This document shows, one piece after another, positions 51,282-60,629 of a stretch of 64,000 nucleotides of DNA. The notes under the pieces are model-generated. The model was not told where the DNA came from and did not search any database. It saw only the letters and a list, made by a program, of their open reading frames with translations. A program made the position numbers and the translations under genes. Numbering within the stretch: the first letter of the stretch is position 1; each line of letters starts with the position of its first letter. Source of the stretch: an uncultured Acidobacteriota bacterium (GTDB lineage Bacteria; Acidobacteriota; Vicinamibacteria; Vicinamibacterales; CAVVIG01); contig CAVOPD010000016.1 in the NCBI GenBank assembly GCA_963697745.1, positions 24,931 to 88,930 of the forward strand. Reading direction: 5' to 3'.

Positions 51282-53429
51282 CTACCAGGTATACGTCAGT
51301 CGGGCCCAGATCGTGTTCGCGGTGTACGGCCTGAATGCGTACTGCAGCGAAATGAACGACGGTTGCGACACCGTGTTCAGCGTTTCAGGGTTGAAGGCGA
51401 AATCATCCACCTCGTACTTCTCGAACCAGTAGACAAGACCGGCGCCCAGGTGCGCGTTAATCGCGTAGCGTGCGTCGGCGGTCACCCGGTTTCGCTTGTT
51501 GGTGACCGCTGGCAGCTGCGACACCGGGGGCAGCGTGGTATTTGGCGCGAGCCCGTAGACATACAGCGACTCGCCGTGCACGAAGTCATAGGCGAAGCGG
51601 ATGTCGGTCTTGTCCCAGAGCTTCAGCAGATCCGCTGAGGCTGTCAGGGTGTGCGTGTGATCGCCGCTGTCGGTCGTCCAGTCCCGGGTCGGATCCTCGA
51701 ACTCCACGCCCGGGTTCGCCTGGCGCGACTTCTGGAGCGCCGAGTAGCTCTCGTATTGATACGTTGCGCCAAGCGATACCGCGTCGCCCGGGATGTAGTC
51801 GAAGCCGCCGGCGATGCCGCCCACGTCGTGTGTGAGCAGCCCGAACCCGGTGTCAGGCCGGTCGTCGTTGCCGACGAAACCGGTGCCATGCAGCGACAGG
51901 TTCGAGCCGAGCCGCGCGATGACAATGGCGGAGACACGATTCGCGGTGAAGTCCGAGATGTCGAACTGCCGCAGCGACGTCTGCTCGCCGAGGTCGTCGA
52001 GCGACTGTTCGTCGAGTCCCGAGCCGGTGCGCTTCGAATACTCGTACACGCCCCTCAGCATCACACCCGGTACCACGGGGCTGTCCACCGACAGGCGCAG
52101 CGTGTTCCGCGTTGTCGCGTCGAACGTGCGGAACGTCTCGTCGTTCTTTTCGAGCGAGTAGGCCGCGCGAAAGGCAGCAAACGTCGTTGGCGTCCACGAC
52201 GAGTCGAGATCCAGCGTTCTTCGCGAAAAGGCGAACGGACTGGTGCCTTCGTTGACCGTGGCGAGGCTTGTGTCGTACTTGACCGTGGTCGGTACGGCAA
52301 ACGACGCCGTGTTGTTGTCGAAGTCGTACGTCCGGAACCTGGCGCTGAACCACAGGTCCCGGGTCGGGCGCGTGGTGTAGGCGAACGCTGTCGCCACAAT
52401 GCCGGCGCTGGCGTCGGCGTTTGGGCGCGCGAGCGGCGGCGACGCGATGGCGCTGTTGATCGTGTAGGGGATCAGCACGTTGTCCTGGGTGAGGCTCCCG
52501 AGCGAGACATAGGCGGTCGCCGTGGCATTGTTCGGCAGCCTGAACAGCCCGGAAATCGACCCGCTGTTGAGATTACTGTTCGGCCACAGCGTCTCGCGCC
52601 CTCTCGCGGGGCCTGACGTAGGCGTGTCGATCGAGCGCAGCGGACTGTCCCAGATGAGTGTGGGGGTGCTGTTGCTGAAGAACGAACCGTCGTAGCCGAC
52701 CCGCAGCAGGCCACGCCCCTTGTTCCATTCGGCGGCGACGCCGACGTCTGTCGTGCGCGTGTCGACCGGCACCGGCAGTTCAGCCGTGTTGCCGAAGCCG
52801 AAGCTGCCGGACCACGGCTGCGCGCCGGTCTTCTGCGTGTTCTTGAACGCCCCGATCACATCGAGCGTGTCGCTCAGGCTGTAGACGAAGCGCAGGTCCG
52901 TGATGGTGCGCTGCAATTGCAGATCGAAGGGGTTCGCCACGGTGTTGTAAATCGCGCTCGTCGCGCCACCGCTCTGCACCTGCGCAGGATAGCCGTTCAG
53001 GCCAAGGACGCCATCGCTCGTGGTCGTGTAGGTGGTGCGGGTGTCCTGGCTGAAGAACGTCGGGATCTGGCTGAAGGCGAATGACGCCTTCATTTTTCCG
53101 AAGCCGTTGTAGTTCGCCGCATACTGCTGGTCGCGATAGCCGACGTGGGTCGCACGAACGTCCCAGTACCGGGTATCGTCGCTCTTCCCCCAAAGGGCGT
53201 TTTCGAGAAACACCCCGTTGCGCAGATCGCGATAGCGCTGGTAGCGCGCCTCGTCCGAACCCTCGCTGTAGCCGGTGCCGCGATAGCCGAAATCAACCTG
53301 ACCGCCGGTCAGCGACGAAATTCCGGTGTTCTGATCCGGTTCCGCAGGCGGCGTGTTCTGTTGTCCTGCGCTTGCCGTGGATGCGAGCAGCCACAGCGCG
53401 GTGACCGAGGCAAAGATGATTGGGCGCAT
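51282..53429 (-). CDS. MtrB/PioB-family decahaem-associated outer-membrane beta-barrel
   Basis: ORF 51282..53435, intact. The second ATG (53429) is 7 nt after GGAGG. Signal peptide, then VDFGYRGTGYSEGSDEARYQRYRDLRNGVF and a long beta-barrel ending ARLTYTW. Confidence 0.8.
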   Translation of the reverse strand: MRPIIFASVTALWLLASTASAGQQNTPPAEPDQNTGISSLTGGQVDFGYRGTGYSEGSDEARYQRYRDLRNGVFLENALWGKSDDTRYWDVRATHVGYRDQQYAANYNGFGKMKASFAFSQIPTFFSQDTRTTYTTTSDGVLGLNGYPAQVQSGGATSAIYNTVANPFDLQLQRTITDLRFVYSLSDTLDVIGAFKNTQKTGAQPWSGSFGFGNTAELPVPVDTRTTDVGVAAEWNKGRGLLRVGYDGSFFSNSTPTLIWDSPLRSIDTPTSGPARGRETLWPNSNLNSGSISGLFRLPNNATATAYVSLGSLTQDNVLIPYTINSAIASPPLARPNADASAGIVATAFAYTTRPTRDLWFSARFRTYDFDNNTASFAVPTTVKYDTSLATVNEGTSPFAFSRRTLDLDSSWTPTTFAAFRAAYSLEKNDETFRTFDATTRNTLRLSVDSPVVPGVMLRGVYEYSKRTGSGLDEQSLDDLGEQTSLRQFDISDFTANRVSAIVIARLGSNLSLHGTGFVGNDDRPDTGFGLLTHDVGGIAGGFDYIPGDAVSLGATYQYESYSALQKSRQANPGVEFEDPTRDWTTDSGDHTHTLTASADLLKLWDKTDIRFAYDFVHGESLYVYGLAPNTTLPPVSQLPAVTNKRNRVTADARYAINAHLGAGLVYWFEKYEVDDFAFNPETLNTVSQPSFISLQYAFRPYTANTIWARLTYTW

Positions 53430-53441
53430 GATCATGCCTCC

Positions 53442-54389
53442 TCAGCGCAGCAACGTGTTGCCGGCAGGACTGTTGGAACCGTGGATCTGCGCGTGGCAGT
53501 TGACGCAACTGCGGCCGATCAGACGGTTGCTTTTCGACGCGAGCGCGTTCGCGTCGTAGATCGTCGATGGATGCTTGGTGCCGATGTGACAGCTCTGACA
53601 GAGCACCGGCAGCTTGGCGACGAGCATCCGATCGTTGTTCGATCCGTGCGGATCGTGACAGGTGCTGCAGGCCTCGCGAACCGGTGCGTGATCCCACAGG
53701 AACGGTCCGCGTTTCTCCGCGTGACAGCTGGTGCAGGTCTCGTTGATCCAGTTGCCGGTCCTCAGCATGCGGACGTTGGTCGTACCGTGCGGGTTGTGGC
53801 ACGTCGTGCAGGTCATCTTGCCCTCGCGCACCGGCATGTGACCGACGCGCTGCTGCTTGGCGACCTCCGTGGTATGACACGACCGGCAGGTGTCGACGAT
53901 GCTGGCGGCCTTCAGCTGGGACTTGTCTGACTTCGGACTGTGGACCGAGTGGCAGGTGATGCACGAGAGGTTGCGTGCATCGTGCATGCTCCCTTTCCAC
54001 TGCGTGTGGTCACCGCGGCTATGGCAGGTCAGGCAGGTATCTGAGGCGTCACGCGGCCGTATCTGCGCGAATCGCCTGATTGAATCGGGCACGGACGGAT
54101 CGTCGAGGTGCGCACTGCCTGGACCATGACAGCTCTCGCATCCCTTGTCAGCCTCGGGCGAGCCAGGGATCTGTGCTTTTCCGTGAGCGGTCTTGTGGAT
54201 GCTCTCCCCCTCGGTATCGTGGCAGCCGACGCAGGTCTCCTGACCGACGTAGGTCCGCTGCGGCGCCGTCGGCGCGGCCTGCGCCGCCGCCGCACCCTGC
54301 GTCGCCGCCGCACCCCGAGCCGCCGCCGGTGGTCCCTGCGACATTCCCACCAATACGAGAAGTGCCCACAGCCATGTGAGACGCGTCAT
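53442..54389 (-). CDS. Periplasmic decahaem c-type cytochrome (MtrA/MtoA/PioA/DmsE family)
   Basis: ORF 53442..54398, intact. Exactly ten CXXCH motifs: CVGCH, CESCH, CLTCH, CITCH, CRSCH, CTTCH, CTSCH, CSTCH, CQSCH, CVNCH. ATG at 54389 follows GGAG. Confidence 0.9.
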   Translation of the reverse strand: MTRLTWLWALLVLVGMSQGPPAAARGAAATQGAAAAQAAPTAPQRTYVGQETCVGCHDTEGESIHKTAHGKAQIPGSPEADKGCESCHGPGSAHLDDPSVPDSIRRFAQIRPRDASDTCLTCHSRGDHTQWKGSMHDARNLSCITCHSVHSPKSDKSQLKAASIVDTCRSCHTTEVAKQQRVGHMPVREGKMTCTTCHNPHGTTNVRMLRTGNWINETCTSCHAEKRGPFLWDHAPVREACSTCHDPHGSNNDRMLVAKLPVLCQSCHIGTKHPSTIYDANALASKSNRLIGRSCVNCHAQIHGSNSPAGNTLLR

Positions 54390-54468
54390 CGAGCACACTC
54401 CGGATAAAGGCTGACCCAGGTCAGTTCACTGACCGTGCTTGTAGTCCTGACGAAATAGCGAAGACGCG

Positions 54469-54810
54469 TTACTTCTTTTTCAACGACGACAGGTAGGCGA
54501 CCAATGCGTCGAGGTCGTCCTTCGGGAGAGCCGCATACTTCGCAGTCATCGTTGGCTTTCTGGAAGCCTTGCTCTTCGCGGTCATGGCAACCGGGTCGAC
54601 GATCCACTCGCGGATCTCGGCCGGCGACAGCTTCGAGCCGACGTCGTCGAGCGCGCCCTTGGCGTTGCCTTTCCCCGCAATCGCGTGGCAGGCCGAACAT
54701 TTCTGATCGGTATAGACCTTGGCGCCCTTTGCGGCGTCCTGGGCGGACGCCGATGCGGTGGACATCGCCAGTGCGAACAAGCTCACGTTGATGATGGCTA
54801 TTTTTCTCAC
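54469..54810 (-). CDS. Monohaem class-I c-type cytochrome (MtoD-like position)
   Basis: ORF 54469..54810. Signal peptide, a single CSACH motif, 113 aa. GTG start is preceded by GAGGA. Confidence 0.85.
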   Translation of the reverse strand: MRKIAIINVSLFALAMSTASASAQDAAKGAKVYTDQKCSACHAIAGKGNAKGALDDVGSKLSPAEIREWIVDPVAMTAKSKASRKPTMTAKYAALPKDDLDALVAYLSSLKKK

Positions 54811-54975
54811 TCGGTCCTCATGTTCCTGGCCGTCGCCGGCCGCTTCACCAGACCCGTTCCCGATGCGCCTCGATTGTGAACGGTGCTAGGTATTTACCAC
54901 AATTGCGCTTGGCTTATGTCCCGATCTATCGCGACATGTTCAGATGGCTCCAGAAGTTTCACTGCAAGAGCCGCC

Positions 54976-57355
54976 TCAGCGTGGCCGTCGTCCCGCCGCC
55001 GGGGCGATTGGTACACGCACGCGCACGGTCGTGCCCCCACCGACGGTCGCCTGCCATGAAATCTCGCCTCCCACAGCCCGGACACGTTCGCGCATGCTGA
55101 CCACACCGAGCGACTGCGTGGGCAGCAGCGACGGATTGAAGCCAATCCCTTCGTCGACGATCCGCATCGCGATGGCGTCGCCCTGGTGCACCAGGTCCAC
55201 CATCGCGTGTTTCACGCCGCTGTGCTTGATCACGTTCTGCAGTGCTTCCTGCGCGACCCGATAGAAACACAACGTGATGTCCGCCGGCAGCACGCGCGGC
55301 ACCTCGCGCGCAGTGAATCGGACCGTCAGCATTCCGCCGCTTTCGAGTTCCCTGCAGAAACCGCCGATGGCGGCCGCCAGTCCCAGCTGATCGAGCTTGG
55401 CGGGGTGCAACCCGTGCGAGAGGCGATGAACCTCTCTCGACAACGCGGCGGTATTTGCAGAGAGCTCGCGCATCCGCAAGGCGATCTGCACCGGCTCCTG
55501 CGGCGGATGCTGGCCGTAGAGATCGAGCTCGATCGCGAGCAGGGCCAGATTCTGGCTGAGTCCATCATGCAGTTCCTTGGCGAGCCGCCGCCGCTCATCT
55601 TCCTGCGCACCAATCAATCGTCCGCTCAGCTCGTGGAGGGCGGCGTCGGAACGTTTCCGCTCGGTGATGTCCTGGATCACCCCCATCTGACGGATGCACT
55701 GTCCCGCGGCATTGCGCTCGGAAACGTGAGCGAGGTGACGGAACCAGAGTTCGCCGCGCTGCGGATGAACAAACCGGTATTCGGCATTGGCCTGATCCAA
55801 CCCGCCTCTCTCGACGTCCTCGTTGAGCGACATGACGTGCCTCATGTCCTCGGGATGCACATGGGCCATCCAGTGCTCGCTGAGACGTTGTTCCTGACCC
55901 GGCGGCAGACCGAGCAGCGCTGCCAGCCGGGCGTCCACGAAACTGCATCGAGCGCCAACCGGCCCTTCCTGTTCGTAGAATCCGAGCATGGCGACGTCGA
56001 CCGCCGTGGCGAGTCTGGCTTTGTGCTTTTCGAGTTCGGCGCGCTGGTGCATGCGCTCGCCGATGTCATCGACCACCACGATGAAACGCTCAGGCTCGCC
56101 AGGGCCTTGCCGCACGAGCGACGCGGTCACGTTCACCCAGACGACGGTCTGGTCTTTTCGAATGTAGCGCTTCTCCAGAGAGTAGGTCCGGATCTCATCG
56201 TCCAGAATCTGCATCCGGTACCGAATGTCGGCCGCCAGGTCGTCGGGGTGCGTGATCTCCGGGGTCGTCAGCGTCAGCAACTCGTGGCGCGGATAGCCGA
56301 CCAGGGCGCACAGCCTGTCGTTCACCTCCAGGAAGCGCCCGTCGAGTCCGACATGCGCTATCCCCACCGCCGCATGCTCGAATGTGGCGCGGCTGACCTC
56401 CTCGGAGCGGGCGGCGGCTTCCTCCGCCAGCTTGCGGGTCGTGATATCCGCCGAAACCCCCAGCACCTTGACCGGTTCTCCTGAGGACGCCAAAGCGGAT
56501 GCGACTCCGCGTGACCAGCCAGCGGAGCCCGGCGTGCGGGTGGAAGATGCGGTGCTCGAGTCGTCCGACGCTCCCCTGAAGGGTCACATGCCAGTCCGTG
56601 CGAAGCCGCTCGCGGTCGTCTGGATGGCTCAGCGCGACGATCGTGTCCTGCGTGACGACCACGTCCTCGGGGAGCCCGTACAGTTCCCGCGCTTTGGGTG
56701 TGGCCCAGTACTCGCCCGTCGCCAGATCGAGTTCCCATACACCCACGCCCGCAGCTGCGGCCACCAGGCCGAGCCGCGCCTCGCTTTCGCGCAACGCCTC
56801 GTCTGACCTCCGGCGCGCGAAGGTGGCGGCGAACATGTCGGCGATCACCCGGAGTCGATCGACCAGATGGCCAGGCCAATTGCGTTCACACCGGGTCGAG
56901 CCGAACGACAGTGCGCCGAGCGGCGTGTCGCCGACAACGAGTGGGAGCGTGAGGTTCGACTTCGTGCCAATGCGTCGGAAGGCGTCGTTGTCCGTGGCCG
57001 CCTCGGGGGGCAATTCGTCGACAGAAGAAAACTGGACGGTCTGACGAGCACGGATCCGCTGCGTGCTCCAGGGGAACATGTCGGCAACGCCCTCGGATGC
57101 GAGAGACACGCGGACCAGCCCCTCTCGTGCCCACCCGTGAGTGAACACGGGCTGCTCGTGCGGACCAGTGAACTGAGTGACGGTGCTGCGGTCGATGTCC
57201 AGGGTTTCGCAGATACGCTGCTGCGCGTTCTCGATGGCGACGTCCACGTTACCCGCCGGCAGGTGAACGAAGGTCGACGCCAGATCGGCGATCAGCCGCT
57301 CGAAGGAGAGGCGTTCTTCGAGTGCGGAGCGCAGGACGGCGGCTTCCGGCGTCAT
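54976..57355 (-). CDS. Sensor histidine kinase, GAF + multiple PAS + HisKA_3 + HATPase_c; one frame disruption near 56.50 kb
   Basis: ORFs 56195..57355 plus 54976..56493. H-box ELHDGLSQNLALL and ATPase region VDEGIGF...GGEISWQATVGGGTTVRVRVP. No TM segment seen. Confidence 0.85.
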
Positions 57356-57518
57356 AGGTAGCTTCTTTCACGCCCATTGTAGTGGATGGGTTGAAGAAGA
57401 CCGAGTTAACACTCTGACCAGACCGGCATGTGACTGACGCGCCCGGGCGTGACGACTTGATCGTCAACGCTCCGGGCCCAGACAGGAGTCTTCAGGTGTG
57501 TGTCAGATCGGCGCAGCT

Positions 57519-57570
57519 GCCGACCTTCAGGTCGGCGCCGTGTGGCGAACCTGAAGGTTCGCGGCCACAC
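57519..57570. repeat. Two adjacent REP-like hairpins (GCCGACC-TTCA-GGTCGGC; GTGTGGCGAACC-TGAA-GGTTCGCGGCCACAC)
   Basis: Read directly. They lie just downstream of the OMP gene end (57593) and upstream of the kinase gene, so they probably act as a terminator. Confidence 0.5.
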
Positions 57571-57592
57571 CACGCCGATCGTGCAAACGGTT

Positions 57593-58267
57593 CTAGAAGC
57601 GGAAGGTGACGCCGGCGTTCAGTTCGAACTGGTTCGAGTACTGCGCGTCGCCCACCACATAGCAACCCCAGTACGGATCGCACCACCAGCCTTCGGAGTC
57701 GGACTTGATGTAGGTCGGTGTCCAGCGCGCGCCGAAGCGGAAGCCCGCTTTGGGGGTCGGGTACACCTTCACGCCGGCGCCGATCGTGCCCGAGAACTGG
57801 GTGTCGCCGCCGAGTTCGCGCTGCTGGCCGGCCAGCGTCGTGAAGTTCAACGTGCCGTAGTTCGTCGCGCCGAGCCCGAACAGGAAGTACGGCCGGACCG
57901 AGGCATCCGAGGCACCGCCGTTGTATTCCACGTAGCCGTGGTAGGTGGACACCGTCATGTCGCCCAGCGTTCTCGTGTTGGTCCCGCTCACCTCGAGCTG
58001 CGACAGCTGCTGGGTCCACAGGAACCCGACCGCGATGTTGTCGCTGACGAACCCGCCCGCCTGCAGGCCCCAGTGGAACGAGTCGGTCGGGTCCACCCGG
58101 TCGTAGATGTTGCCATCGCCGCCCAGGACCGGGGTCTCGGCGCTCACGCCGTCCGAGAAGGTCCAGCCAAAGAGGACGCCCACCTCCGCTCGGGGCGATT
58201 GCGCGAAGGCCGGAGCCGCCGCCAGAAACACGGCCATGGTCGCCGTCACGAGTGATGTCTTCAACAT
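57593..58267 (-). CDS. Small outer-membrane beta-barrel protein
   Basis: ORF 57593..58267, intact. Signal peptide MLKTSLVTATMAVFLAAAPAFAQ. Ends NAGVTFRF. Confidence 0.75.
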   Translation of the reverse strand: MLKTSLVTATMAVFLAAAPAFAQSPRAEVGVLFGWTFSDGVSAETPVLGGDGNIYDRVDPTDSFHWGLQAGGFVSDNIAVGFLWTQQLSQLEVSGTNTRTLGDMTVSTYHGYVEYNGGASDASVRPYFLFGLGATNYGTLNFTTLAGQQRELGGDTQFSGTIGAGVKVYPTPKAGFRFGARWTPTYIKSDSEGWWCDPYWGCYVVGDAQYSNQFELNAGVTFRF

Positions 58268-58395
58268 GATTGATGTCCTTGAAAGATGGTTTGTGCGCAG
58301 GGACCTGGCACCGGAACTGGCAGGCGTCCACGCCCATACCCGCTCCTCGTATTCGACTCTCCGTTCGAACCTTACCGGCCAGCGCGCGGGGCCGG

Positions 58396-58413
58396 CTATG
58401 CAGATTCGGCAAG
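58396..58413 (-). promoter_or_regulatory. Conserved intergenic motif TGCCGAA-N3-GCATAG, copy upstream of OMP gene
   Basis: Plus strand reads CTATGCAGATTCGGCAAG. Lies 129 nt upstream of the start at 58267. Confidence 0.35.
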
Positions 58414-58578
58414 CCTGGTTCCGTTACGAGGTGATTGGCTCGCCAGTCCTCTACACTTCAAGGCGGGCGGCGCGGCGAGGGAGCGACGGCACGCAGCAGT
58501 CGACCTGTCATTTTTACCAGCCGAGTCTGGTAGTTCACCTAGCTGCCGCCCGACCTCGAGTGACGTACGGTGGTACAT

Positions 58579-59361
58579 ATGAAAAAAGTTGTCGCGCTTG
58601 CGTTCATGCTGGTGCTGAACGTCGGCGTATTCTCCGCCGCAGCGGGCCAGGACCCGTCAGCGCCGCAAACGAGCAGTTCGGGCATTCGGGTGACCATCTT
58701 CCCGATCCTGGTGCAGGCGCCGATCTTCGGCGCAAAGGTTGATCTGCCGGCAATCGGCGGTGGAGGCGGCGAAGAAGGGGAGGTGTCCGGAAGAACCGAC
58801 GTCAGCTTCGACGCCGCCTACATGACCGGCTTCCAAATAGAAGCGAATCGCTGGTTCGCCGAGGTCAACGGCACCTGGGCGGCGATTTCCGCGACAGCCG
58901 ACGCCCCTCGGGTGGCGTTCGATACCGACACGGTGTTCTTCGGCGTGCGAGGCGGCGTGCGCCTGTTCGATGGCGTTTCGGCAACAGTCGGCGTGAAGCA
59001 CATATCGTCGACGATCGACGCGACGCTGACCTTGCCCAACCTGGGCGCGACGGTCCAGGGCCATGTCGAACCGGGCCTGTGGGATCCGATGGTCGGTGTC
59101 GACTGGCGTGCCAGGGGCAACCGATGGGACCTCGAGGCGAATTTTCAGGGAGGCGGCTTCGAGGTCGGAACGGATGTCGACCTGAGCGGCGCCATCGTCG
59201 CGAGCCGCCACTTCGGCCGCCACGTCGATCTGCGCCTCGGCTATCAGGCGCTGTACTATAAGTTGACCGTCGCGGACGTCAACATCGGACGGTTCTCGCG
59301 GACGTTCGTCAGCGAACAGACGATGCACGGACCGAGCGTGGGCCTGGGCATCGTGTTCTAA
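58579..59361 (+). CDS. Outer-membrane beta-barrel-like hypothetical protein
   Basis: ORF 58570..59361; ATG at 58579 (MKKVVALAFMLVLNVGVFSAAAGQ). Ends SVGLGIVF. Confidence 0.65.
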   Translation: MKKVVALAFMLVLNVGVFSAAAGQDPSAPQTSSSGIRVTIFPILVQAPIFGAKVDLPAIGGGGGEEGEVSGRTDVSFDAAYMTGFQIEANRWFAEVNGTWAAISATADAPRVAFDTDTVFFGVRGGVRLFDGVSATVGVKHISSTIDATLTLPNLGATVQGHVEPGLWDPMVGVDWRARGNRWDLEANFQGGGFEVGTDVDLSGAIVASRHFGRHVDLRLGYQALYYKLTVADVNIGRFSRTFVSEQTMHGPSVGLGIVF

Positions 59362-59372
59362 AAGGCACGACC

Positions 59373-59883
59373 ATGAAACGACTTGTACTTGTCTGCGGCC
59401 TCGCTCTCGCATTTGCTCTCGCACCCGGTCGGCCGCTGGCCGCACAGTCGTCGTCCAGCGTGACAGCAAGCTTCGACAAGGGGACGGACTTCAGCAAACT
59501 CAAGACCTACACCTGGGAACACGGATGGCAGGCGTTCGACAAGAGCGCGCACGAGCAGATCCAGGCCGCGGTGGACCGCGAACTCGGCGCACTCGGATAT
59601 CAGAAGCGCGAGTCAGGCCCCAGCTGACGTGCTGGTGACCTACGCGTCGATCCGGCGAACCGACGTCGACGTCAAGTCGGAGCCGAACAAGAACGACGCC
59701 GGCCGGGCGCAGTACGACGTCGGCACGCTCGTCGTGCTGCTCCTCGAGCCCGGCACGCGCAAGGAACTGTTCCGTGCCCGGGTCGACCGGCCGATCAGCG
59801 CCGAACCCGAGAAGCTGTCGGGGATCATCAATACCGCTATCGCCGACATCTTCGCCAAATACCCGAATCGCCCGCGCAAGTGA
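59373..59883 (+). CDS. DUF4136-family protein; one frame disruption (extra C in CCCC run at 59618..59621)
   Basis: ORFs 59373..59627 plus 59629..59883. Removing one C gives ...GYQKRESGPADVLVTYASIRR... Contains DFSKLKTYTW. Confidence 0.65.
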
Positions 59884-59960
59884 ATGGGCGCCGTTGCGCC
59901 GGCGCGCACCGCGTCGAACAGCAACACGCCGCCCTCGCGCGCCTCTGGAGACCTGAAGCC

Positions 59961-60614
59961 ATGATCTCATTCCGCTACGAGGGGTCCGCCGACGCGCGGC
60001 CCGGTTCGACGGTCGCGGCGCGGCTCGCCACACCCGCGCGCGGCCTGGCCATCGTGCTGGCGCTGCTGGTTTGTGCCGGCGCCGGGCTGCAGGCTGCCAA
60101 GATCAAAGTCCAGGCAGATGCGGATCCGGCCTTCGACTTCAAGACCGTCCGCACATGGGGGTGGGCTACTGACGGCGCTGGCGATGTCATCGTCGCGCGC
60201 GCCCACGGGGACGATCCGGCACCGATCAAGCAGCGCACCGAACCGGTGATCGTCGCGGCGGTGGCACGCGAGCTGGGTCTGCGCGGGCTCACGCCGGCGT
60301 CAACCGGTCAGCCTGATGTCACGGTCCGCTATTACCTGCTCGTCACCGTCGGAGAAGATGCACAGGCCATGGGGCAGTTCCTGCCGGCAACGGTGAACTG
60401 GGGACTGCCGCCGTTCGCTCCGCAGACCACCTCGCTGGACGTCGTGCAGCGCGGCACCATCGTGCTCGATGCCAAGTCATCGTCGCTCAACCGCGTCGTG
60501 TGGCGAGGCCGGGGTCAGAGCGACATCGACCAGATTCAGTCCGACGCCAAACGCAACACACTCATCAACGACGTCGTCCGCAACATCGTCAAGAAGTTCC
60601 CGGTCAAGAAGTAA
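59961..60614 (+). CDS. DUF4136-family protein
   Basis: 3' part of ORF 59880..60614; ATG at 59961. Contains FDFKTVRTWGW and GTIVLDAKSSSLNRVVWRGRG. Confidence 0.65.
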   Translation: MISFRYEGSADARPGSTVAARLATPARGLAIVLALLVCAGAGLQAAKIKVQADADPAFDFKTVRTWGWATDGAGDVIVARAHGDDPAPIKQRTEPVIVAAVARELGLRGLTPASTGQPDVTVRYYLLVTVGEDAQAMGQFLPATVNWGLPPFAPQTTSLDVVQRGTIVLDAKSSSLNRVVWRGRGQSDIDQIQSDAKRNTLINDVVRNIVKKFPVKK

Positions 60615-60629
60615 GCGCCGGTTCGAGAC

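Noticed and set aside
54884-54899. Sigma-54-like element TGGTAAATACCTAGCA (GG-N10-GC spacing) about 75 nt upstream of the monohaem cytochrome gene.
   Set aside because: The match to both the -24 and -12 boxes is weak. The same bases can be read as an extended -10 (TGGTAAATA) of a sigma-70-type promoter. There is no nearby enhancer-binding protein gene or palindrome. It is too ambiguous to call.
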